Below are positions 10,339 through 18,726 of a stretch of 19,133 nt of DNA, piece after piece. The DNA comes from Octopus sinensis (Eukaryota). Every line of letters starts with the position of its first letter. The stretch's first letter is position 1. Both the position numbers and the translations under genes were made by a program. The stretch lies in assembly GCF_006345805.1 (NCBI RefSeq), contig NW_021824328.1, positions 1-19,133 on the forward strand. The letters are read 5' to 3'. Below the pieces are notes generated by a model. The model was given only the letters and a program-made list of their open reading frames with translations, made no database searches and was not told where the DNA came from.

Positions 10339-10357
10339 TAATAATAATAATAATAAT
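10339..10357. repeat. (TAA)n tract at the 3' junction of the LINE
   Basis: Direct reading, 6 units. Confidence 0.95.
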
Positions 10358-10415
10358 CTTATATTATAAAAGAAAGAGAAGCGAATCTCTGTCTGTCTGT
10401 CACAACATCTATTAA
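10357..10415 (+). mobile_element. Possible Helitron 5' end fragment
   Basis: A|TCttatattataaaag...ctgtctgtctgtc resembles the 5' ends of the other Helitrons here. No matching 3' end found. Confidence 0.35.
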
Positions 10416-10519
10416 AAGGAGGGAAAGCAGGAGAGGAATCAAAATATATATGGTACTACGTGTTTTTAGAAGGGCAGGAGAAAAGGTTGTTGTTGAGAAA
10501 GAAATACAATGAGAATGAA

Positions 10520-10582
10520 AGAGAGAGAGAGAGAGGGAGAGAGAGAGAGAGTGTGTGTGTGTGTGTGTGTATGAAAGCTAGG

Positions 10583-10652
<70 letters not shown>

Positions 10653-10657
10653 GATAA
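10520..10657. repeat. Compound (GA)n(GT)n(GATA)n microsatellite
   Basis: Direct reading. Confidence 0.95.
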
Positions 10658-10779
10658 AAAGGTAGTGTTGTCACCATTGTAACTAACAAGTTCTGATTTA
10701 AAATGCAGTAATTTTAAGTGCAAGTCTGTCAACACAACGTATATATATATGTTCTTAAATAACCGCCAAAATACCACTC

Positions 10780-11690
10780 TGGATTGGTAAATTTTTAGTT
10801 TATCGACCCCAGAATGTTAAAAAGCACAAAAAAAAATGACCCCCAGTAAGATTTGAAATCAGAGAGTAGAGAATCGGAATATCTTAAGGTGAAGAGAGTT
10901 GGAACCCCACATTTCAATTTCATCGACCCAAGAAGGATAAAAAGCAATAAAAAAAGAAAGATATATATATATATATATATATAAAAGTCAAGTTGTGTGT
11001 CTGTCGCCTACAATTTAGATTCCTAACTACTCCCACATTTTGCGGTGCAGTTTAACCAAAACCGGGTATCTTATATTCGTGATTCATATCGAGCCCTTCT
11101 GGGTATTAGCGCGCGTCTACGATGAGTCTACGATTTAAAAAAAATTTACCATAATTTTTTTCCATTTTAATGCATTTTTTCGCTATTATATAAGGGAAGT
11201 AACTCTCTAAAATTGTCTACGATGAGTCAACAATTTAAAAAAAAATTTACCATCATTTTTTTCCATTTTAATGCATTTTTTGTTATTATATAAGGGAAGT
11301 AACTCTCTAAAAATGTCTACGATGAGTCAACGATTTAAAAAAAAATTACCATCATTTTTTCCCCATTTTTAATGCATTTTTTCGCTATTATATAAGGGAA
11401 ATAACTCTCTAAAAATGTCTACGATGAGTCAACGATTTAAAAAAAAATTTACCATAATTTTTTTCCCATTTTTAATACATTTTTTTACTATTTTTTGGCT
11501 ATAACTCTCTAAAAATGCTTATATAGTTATTTCCCTTACAAACCCGAGCAACGCCGGGCGATACTGCTAGTATATGATAAAAGAACCTTAGCGGAATTTG
11601 AAATCAGAACGTAGGAGCATCAAAATGAACATCGCAAAGAATTTTCCCTAACGACTTAATCATTTAGCCATCTTGTCCGCATTTATCGAC
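10780..11690 (-). mobile_element. Decayed SINE fragments interrupted by the Helitron
   Basis: tcgacccaagaaggataaaaagc (before 10960) continues as aaccttagcggaatttgaaatcagaacgta (after 11575), matching the 8441 family. Confidence 0.6.
10962..11570 (+). mobile_element. Non-autonomous Helitron with four ~100-bp internal tandem units
   Basis: 5' tatataaaagtcaagttgtgtgtctgtc (exact start hidden in (AT)n). gtctacgatgag units start at 11115, 11215, 11315 and 11417. Hairpin cccgagcaacgccggg (11543-11558), CTAG|T (11567-11571). Confidence 0.82.
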
Positions 11691-11699
11691 TTCCCCATG

Positions 11700-11895
11700 T
11701 TATTAGACACATTCTCGTCTGTAGTTATTAGCGCCATTCGATGATCTGTGAGGTTTCAGCCGGTGATTTGTGAATTAATTATACACTTCATCTCTAATGG
11801 AGACATCTAGTTGAGCGTGTAGGCTGTTTTTATCGGTTGTCTGTTGATGAATTTTCGTAGAGAAGCAATCAATTTTCCTCGTGTGTTATCGTTTT
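11700..11895. repeat. ~200-bp old repeat block, copy 1 of 3
   Basis: Landmark gaattaattatacacttca at 11772. Homologues at 13730 and 15402. Confidence 0.8.
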
Positions 11896-12022
11896 CGAGA
11901 AACTAATGCAGAATCGAATCTCTCCTTGAAAAATGCATCTTTGTTTTTGAAAACATTTGTTTTCGGATTCTTTCGTTTTACATGTAGGAGATTACGAATA
12001 TGTTTAAAAAAAAACAAGCCCA

Positions 12023-12270
12023 CTCTTTTACTTGTTTCAGCCATTTGACTGCGGCCATGCTGGAGCACCGCCTTTAGTCGAGCAAATCGACCCCGGGACT
12101 TATTCTTTGTAAGCCCAGTACTTATTCTATCGGATTCTTTTGCCGAACAGCTAAGTGACGGGGACGTAAACACACTAGCATCGGTTGTCAAGCAATGCTA
12201 GAGGGACAAACACAGATACACAAACATATATACATATATATATATGTGTGTGTGTGTGTGTGGTGTGTGT

Positions 12271-12312
<42 letters not shown>

Positions 12313-12446
12313 CAGCGGGCTTCTTTCAGTTTCCGTCTACCAAATCCACTCACAAGGCTTTGGTCGGCCCGAGGCTATAGCAGAAGACACGCAAGATGCC
12401 ACGGAACCATGTGGTTGGTTAGCAAGCTACTTACCACACAGCCACT
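12023..12446 (-). mobile_element. tRNA/CORE-type SINE with internal (TA)/(TG) tract; B box deleted
   Basis: Colinear with 18727-19118 but lacks cagtgggactgaaccc at ~12403. Confidence 0.9.
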
Positions 12447-12532
12447 ACAAATTTTAAATTTTGAACTTAAGTTTGGACGGAGAGACAGGGTGAAATTTGA
12501 AATATTTAGAATTTGTGGGTTGGAGAGGTTGA

Positions 12533-12954
12533 GGATTTTTTCGGTTTGAACGGCAGTTTTTAACATAATTTCTAGGTAACTAAAAAATTTTAAACTTCGT
12601 ATACTGGTAGAATGTGTTTATAAAACATCTTTTTCTCTTGGCTTTATTGAGAAAATTCTATGGTTTGTAAGATATTTGTTGTTTTTTCTTCTTCAATTTC
12701 TGCAATTTCAGCCAATCAATGACGTCTATTGTGGTAAAAAACATTCTGTGCCGTATGAATATGTCCCTCGTTTAAGAAACAGATTGGGTTTATTTACTTT
12801 TGTGAAGAAAAAAAGATACCCTTCCCCCTACCCCTAACGAACCCTAACCCTAAAACAGATTGAAATGCAATAGATCGATACTAGGGTCATAATTATGGGT
12901 GACAGTTTCATATGACACCACTAGAAAAAACTGCCGTTCAAACCGAAAAGATCC
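12533..12954. mobile_element. TIR MITE, second copy
   Basis: ggattttttcggtttgaacggcagttttt ... aaaaactgccgttcaaaccgaaaagatcc. Colinear with 1059-1473. No TSD visible. Confidence 0.9.
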
Positions 12955-13024
12955 CAAAGCTCATGCCTTTCATTAAATTTGTGTACTTTAATCATACTAT
13001 AAGCTATTTGTGTTATATATTATA

Positions 13025-13571
13025 CTAGCAGCTAAACCCGGTTTCACCCGGTCTGTTTGGATGATGTGGCTGTGATCGTTTTCGGTTAGGCATATGTGAA
13101 TGAAAATTAAGTTCAGACCTGTACGTGGTAGCTAGACCTGGTAGAAATAGCAGCCGAATCTCCTACCCTACAGTCTTAATCCGACAACTCTGCCTATTAT
13201 GTAGTTTGGATGAGAAACTGTAACTAAAGATTAAGGTTATTAACCCCACAAAGAGGTGAAAGAGAGATAGCATAGCGAAAGTTTTGGCTGTCATCCTGTA
13301 CTCCCCTTGTTATTAGCGAGATGGTATATGCCAGCTGTGTGAGCAACTGGTTGTTTTAATGGCGGAACAAACAGGGGAATTCCATTAGAAAAGTTTTAAT
13401 CGATTTTCTCGGTAAGTATGGGGGCTAGAAAAAAATACAAACGGTATTCCAATCTATGCACCCGTCTCCACATGTGTGCCATTTTTCATGTGAATCCACC
13501 CAGCCGTTTGGCTGTGAACCTCAAGACAAGAAAGAATACACTGATTACCCATGTCCAATTTATATTATAGA
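13025..13571 (-). mobile_element. Complete non-autonomous Helitron (different family)
   Basis: Minus strand begins A|TCTATAATATAAA and ends ACCGGGTGAAACCGGGTTTAGCTGCTAG|T. Inserted between A and T, no TSD. Confidence 0.85.
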
Positions 13572-13654
13572 TTTAACACACCGAAAATGCGGCCCAGAAA
13601 AAAATTAGTTTGGGAATCATTGCTTTAACCATTCAGCCAGCTCGTCACTATTTC

Positions 13655-13855
13655 TAACTTCAATCGTGTCTCTCGTCTGCAGTTTTTAGAGACATTCGAT
13701 GATCTACCAGGTATCAGCTGGTTATTCGGGAATTAATTATACACTTCACTTCTAATGAAGGTATCCAGTTGACCGTATAAACTTGTTTTTATCGGTTGCC
13801 CGTCGTTGAATTTTCGTAGAGTAGTGATCGGTTTTCCTTGTCTGTTATTTCGATA
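13655..13855. repeat. ~200-bp old repeat block, copy 2 of 3
   Basis: caatcgtgtctctcgtctgc...gaattaattatacacttca...gaattttcgtagag. Confidence 0.8.
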
Positions 13856-14362
13856 GTTTATCGACTCTGGAAGGATAAAAAGCAAAGCTGAATGTAAAAC
13901 CATGTGTTGGAACAAATATAACAAAGCACCCAGTCCCACGTTCTTTAATTTTCACCAATCCACCGCTCTGGATTGATACATTTTTGTTTATCGGCCCCAA
14001 AAGGACAAAAATAACAAAAACAAAACAAGACTGACATCGGTAGGATTTGAACCCAAAATGCAGAGAATTAGGTCAAAAACAGCAACACATCTAGTCAGAC
14101 GCTTTTATGTTTCTGCCAATGCGTCGTCCATGATTGGTACTTTTTTTTTTTTTTTTATTGACTTCGGAAGGAAAAAATCAGCTGTTAACCTCGGCCCAGT
14201 TTCCTTAAATTTCCATTAATGCCCACCACACTCGATTGGTGCCCTTTTATTTCACCAACCCCAAAAGGATAAAAAAAAATCGACGTCGGCAAGATTTGAA
14301 CTCAGAAAGCAAAGAATCGGAATACCACAAGGTGTAGAGAGTTGAAATACCACATTTTAACT

Positions 14363-15320
14363 TCGATCCCAGAATGATTTTAAGGGAAAAAGAAAAAAAT
14401 GACTTTGACGAGATTTGAACTGAGAATGCCTAGCGTCAAATCAAATATTACAAAGTACTTGATCAGGCGCGCTAACCAATCAGCCAGCTTGCCACTCTCT
14501 CTCGGGCTCTTAGACATTGAATGATCTATCAGAAGCGACAGCGGGGTTTGAACTTAGAGCATGAAAAAAAAAACCCAAAAAACAAAAAACAAAATATAGA
14601 TCAAACATCTCAAGGCATTTTGATTTTATCGACCCCAGACAGATAAAAAGCGAAAAAACAAAAAACAAAGAAAAAGGAGGGAAAGAGAAAAATTGACTTT
14701 GACGAGATTTGAACTGAGAATGCCTAGTGTCAAATCGAATATTACAAAGCATTTGATCAGGCGCTCTAACCAACCAGCCAGCTCGCCACTCTCTCGCGTT
14801 TTCAGACATTGAATGGATCTATCGGAAACCACTGCGGGGTTTGAACTTGGAGCATGAAAAAGAACAAAAAAAAACCTAAAATAGATCAAACATCTCAAGG
14901 CATTTTGCTTTTATCGACCCCAGACAGATAAAAAGCGAAAAAAAGGGGGAAAAAAACAAAGAAAAAGGAAGGAAAGAAAAAATTTGACTTTGTTGAGATT
15001 TGAACTGAGAATGCATAGCGTCAAAGCGAATATCACAAAGCATTTCGTCTAACGCTCTAACCATTCAGCCAGCTCGCCACTCTCTTGCGTTTTCTGACAT
15101 TGAATGATCTATCAGAAGCCACAGCGGGGTTTGAACTTAGAGCATGAAAAAGAAAAAAATAGACCAAACATCTCAAGAGAGATAAAAAGTAAAAAAAAAA
15201 AGGATAAAAAGAAAAAAAATTGACTTTGACAAGATTTGAACTAAGAATGCATAGCGTCAAAACGAATGCCACAAAGCATTTCATCCAACGCTCTAACCAT
15301 TCAGCCAGCTCGCCACTCTT
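14363..15320 (-). repeat. Tandem array of ~290-bp SINE-derived units (3 full + 1 deleted)
   Basis: gactttg..gagatttgaact at 14401, 14695, 14986 and 15222. Each unit carries a minus-strand tRNA-like head (TGGCGAGCTGGCTGG..GGTTAG / GTTCAAATC). Confidence 0.88.
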
Positions 15321-15324
15321 TCTA

Positions 15325-15525
15325 ACTTCAATCGTGTCTCTCGTCTGCCGTTATTAAGAGACATTGAATGATCTCTTACGAGGTCTCAGCTGGTAATACT
15401 TGAATTAATTACACACTTCACATCTAATGGAGGCATCCAATTGACCGTAGAGACTGTTTTTTTTAGCTTGTCTGTCGATGAATTTTCCTAGAAAGGCGAT
15501 CAATTTTCCTCGTACGCTATCATTT
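15325..15525. repeat. ~200-bp old repeat block, copy 3 of 3
   Basis: See 11700-11895. Confidence 0.8.
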
Positions 15526-15779
15526 CGATCGATCTCTGCCCGTCCCATCTGTTAGCGAACGGTAATTGCAATGAAATATACGGATGGACATAAGTATCTA
15601 AAATCTGGTGAAGGTGCCGGTGGGAGCTGAATTTGTGCGTGGTGTTCGTTCATTAGGGACGGTGATTGAAATTGATAATATCGAGTTGGTGGGGGTTTTC
15701 TATCGATCTGTGTCGGTCTGTGTCACGATCATTCTTCCAAATAATGATTTGTTTTTGTATATATGTGTATGTTCTGTTA

Positions 15780-15974
15780 CGTTATGTTATGTATGTATGT
15801 GCCTACGTATGTATATACGTATTATGTATGTATGTATGTATGTATGTATGTATGTATGTATGTATGTATGTATGTATGTATGTATGCATTTATGGATGTA
15901 TGTATATATATATATATGTATGTATATATATATGTATGTATATATATATATGTATGTATATATATATGTATGTA

Positions 15975-16004
<30 letters not shown>
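15780..16004. repeat. (ATGT)n/(AT)n array
   Basis: Direct reading. Reads as a (CATA)n tail of the minus-strand element at 16005-16110. Confidence 0.96.
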
Positions 16005-16005
<1 letters not shown>

Positions 16006-16110
16006 CATTATTCAGTTTTATTTCAAGATTTCTTGCCAATGGAGAAAGAGCCAATTTGTAACCTAGATCCAAGGCTCCTTCATTGGAATTTCAACATCAA
16101 CAACAGGGTA
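16005..16110 (-). mobile_element. Retroelement 3' end (~105 bp) with terminal stem-loop, followed by (CATA)n
   Basis: Minus: taccctgttg...CCAATGAAGGAGCC..GGCTCTTTCTCCATTGG caagaaatcttgaaataaaactgaataatga(cata)n. 48 bp are shared with 16697-16744 (1 mismatch). Confidence 0.65.
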
Positions 16111-16127
16111 TTTTCGTCTGTTTTGTA

Positions 16128-16696
16128 TGCATGTATGTATGTATGCATTTATGTATGTATGTATGCATTTATGTATGTATGTATGCATTTATGTATGTAT
16201 GTATGCATTTATGTATGTATTTATGTATGTATGTATGTATGTATGTATGTATGTATGTATGTATGTATGCATTTATGTATGTATGTATGTATGTATGTAT
16301 GTATTTATGTATGTATGTATGCATTTATGTATGTATTTATGTATGTATGTATGTATGTATGTATGTATGTATGTATGTATGTATGTAGGCATTTATGTAT
16401 GTATGTATGTATGCATTTATGTATGTATGTATGTATGCATTTATGTATGTATGTATGTATGTATTATGTATGTATGTATGTATGTATGTATGTATGTATG
16501 TATGTGTGTGTGTATGTATGTATGTAGGCATTTATGTATGTATGTATGCATTTATGTATGTATGTATGTATGCATTTATGTATGTATGTATGTATGTATG
16601 TATGTATGTATGTATGTATGTGTGTGTGTATGTATGTATGTAGGCATTTATGTATGTATGTATCTTTGTTTGTTTGTATGTATGTATGTGTGTATG
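16128..16696. repeat. (ATGT)n array with recurrent GCATTT variant
   Basis: Direct reading. Confidence 0.97.
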
Positions 16697-16754
16697 TCAT
16701 TATTCAGTTTTATTTCAAGATTTCTTGCCAATAGAGAAAGAGCCGGTTTCTAAC
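16697..16754 (-). mobile_element. Second, shorter copy of the same retroelement 3' end
   Basis: Minus: gttagaaaccggctctttctctattggcaagaaatcttgaaataaaactgaataatga(cata)n. Confidence 0.65.
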
Positions 16755-16759
16755 ATGGT

Positions 16760-16999
16760 ACAGGGCAACAGTGTCAAATAGGTTGAAAATAGGTTGGAGG
16801 TTCTTCTTCTGACTCCCTTTACTAGGTTCTTGAAAACTATGGCTGAATGACAGGGACTCGTGTTAATGTAAGATAACTTCTTATTTGGCTTCCTAAAGGG
16901 TTTAAAGGCACCAGACCCCCAAGTTACATCTAGGAAATCCACCAGGGTCACATCAAGGAGATCCACCATTTTCAGGTTGGATTCTATCATGGCCTTCAT
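16760..16999 (-). pseudogene. Penelope-like element reverse transcriptase fragment (motif 7 to thumb)
   Basis: IESNLKMVD..FLDVT..G.FKPFRKPNKKLSYINTS.CH....KNLVKGVRRRTSNLFS matches the PLE pattern V(N/D)FLDVTL....Y/F.P.RKPN..L.YI...S.H....K.L...I.RR.S.LSS (recognised by eye). Confidence 0.78.
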
Positions 17000-17069
17000 C
17001 ATCATCATCATCACCACCAAAACCACCACCACCACCACCACCACCACCACCACCACCACCACCACCACT

Positions 17070-17115
<46 letters not shown>

Positions 17116-17118
17116 ACA
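16997..17118. repeat. Compound (CAT)n(CAC)n(CAT)n microsatellite; (GAT)n tail of the adjacent minus-strand element
   Basis: Direct reading. Confidence 0.95.
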
Positions 17119-17960
17119 TCGTTTAATGCCTGCTTTCCATGCTGGCATGGGTTGGGCGGTTTGACTGAGGACTGGCAAACCAGATGGCTGCACCAGGTTC
17201 AGTCTGATCTGGCTAAGTTTCTACAGCTGAATGCCCTTCCTAACGCCAACCATTCTGAGAGCGTAGTGGGTGCTTTTATGTATCACCAGAACAAGGGCCA
17301 GTCTGGTGGTTCTGGCAACAACCATACTCATAAGGTGTTTTTACCTGCACAGGAGCCAGTCCGGCGGCACTGGTAATGACCACGTTCAAATTTTGTTTTT
17401 CACATGCTACTGGCACATGTGCCTGTAAGGCAACACTGGCAACAATCATGCTCAAATGGTGCTTTTCAGATGTCACCCACTCGGGAGCCAATCTGTGGCC
17501 CTGGCAACGATCACGCATGAATGGTGCTTTTCATGTATCACTGGCTCAGGAGCCAATCCGTGGCCCTGGCAACGATCACGCATGAATGGTGCTTTTCATG
17601 TATCACTGGCTCAGGAGCCAATCCGTGGCCCTGGCAATGATCATGCTTGAATGGGGTTTTTCATGTGTCACTGGCTCAGGAGCCAATCCGTGGCCCTGGC
17701 AACGATCATGCTTGAATGGGGTTTTTCATGTGTCACTGGCACAGGAGCCAATCCATGGCCCTGGTATCAATCATGCTCAGATACACACACACACATGATG
17801 GGCTTCTTTCAGTTTCCATCTGCCAGATCCACTCACAAGAGTTTGACTGGTTCAAGGTTATAGCAGAAGGCACTTGGCCAAGGTACCACATGGTGGGACT
17901 GAAACCAGAACCATGTAGTTGGAAGGAAAATTCTAACCACACAGCCACACTTGCGACTGT
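17119..17960 (-). mobile_element. Composite SINE: tRNA/CORE head + (TG)n + 65-bp VNTR + RTE-like 3' end + (GAT)n tail
   Basis: Head 17800-17960 is homologous to 18970-19118. The 3' end GGCGTTAGGAAGGGCATTCAGCTGTAGAAA...CCAACCCATGCCAGCATGGAAAG..TTAAACGATG(ATG)n differs completely from the other family members. Confidence 0.75.
17270..17780. repeat. 65-bp minisatellite, ~8 units
   Basis: ggagccaatc at 17484, 17549, 17614, 17679 and 17744 (exact 65-bp period). Diverged units near 17290, 17352 and 17418. Confidence 0.93.
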
Positions 17961-18189
17961 GTCTTACCACAAAGTCACTCCAAAACTGAGACGAATTGAA
18001 AAACTTTATGTAGATGATTTGTTGTAGATACAAGTGTGAAAATAAACTAAATGAGACAGACTATGTTGAGAATAAGAGATTACAAGAAAATGAGATGGAA
18101 TATGAGAGATGTAAGTTTAAAATTTAAATTAGAATTAAAGATAAAAATTATAGCTGAGATTAAAATAAGTGAATAAAGAAAAATAAATA

Positions 18190-18328
18190 ACTATTATATT
18201 ATATATATATATATTATATATATATATAATATATTGTATATATATATATATGTATATATTATATATATGTATATATATATATATGTATATATATATATGT
18301 ATATATATATATTGTATATATATATATG

Positions 18329-18385
<57 letters not shown>

Positions 18386-18505
18386 TTTATGTATGTATAT
18401 AATTATATATATAAAATTGTGTGTGTGTATATTTATAACACCACACACATATAAATTGTATATATATATATACAAACACACATAAAATTATATATATATA
18501 TATAT
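18190..18505. repeat. (TA)n/(GA)n/(TG)n low-complexity tract
   Basis: Direct reading. Confidence 0.95.
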
Positions 18506-18705
18506 AGTTAATCCAAATCTGAACAAAGAGAAAACAAAATGATGCGAGGATGTGGAACAAGTATAGTGTTATTGGACGCTCAGGAAAGGAAAGAAAGAAG
18601 GCGGATTTAATGCTTCGAGCGGAGCTCTTCATCAGAAATATAGTAAAAAAGAAAAAGTCCAAGGAAGGGAAGATGGAGAAAGAAAATCGCCAACGATACA
18701 CACAC
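18506..18705 (-). mobile_element. Penelope-like terminal (solo pseudo-LTR-like) element
   Basis: Contains a hammerhead-like motif, is homologous to 2724-2930, and is flanked by microsatellites on both sides. Confidence 0.55.
18605..18639 (-). ncRNA. Minimal type I hammerhead ribozyme motif (two core substitutions, probably inactive)
   Basis: Minus: ATTT-CTGATGA-A-GAGC-TCC-GCTC-GAAGC-ATT-AAAT. Stem I ATTT/AAAT and stem II GAGC/GCTC both pair. The canonical form would be GAAAC-GTT. Confidence 0.6.
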
Positions 18706-18726
18706 AGTCACACACACACACACACA

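Noticed and set aside
12524-12963. TSD for the second MITE copy
   Set aside because: Flanks agaggttga and caaagctca match at only 4 of 9 positions.
15608-16753. MYVC-type ORFs of 130-254 aa
   Set aside because: Same microsatellite artefact. The non-repeat N-terminal part shows no recognisable domain.
17000-17119. Poly-Met/poly-Val N-terminus of ORF 16715-17119
   Set aside because: Translation of (GAT)n(GGT)n. Only the downstream RT-like portion is real homology.
17270-17780. CRISPR-like regular array
   Set aside because: Whole 65-bp units repeat with no unique spacers, no cas genes, and a eukaryotic context.
17152-18027. Cluster of 64-103 aa ORFs with repeated WPWQRS motifs
   Set aside because: Translations of the 65-bp VNTR. 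The period is not a multiple of 3, so no stable coding repeat.
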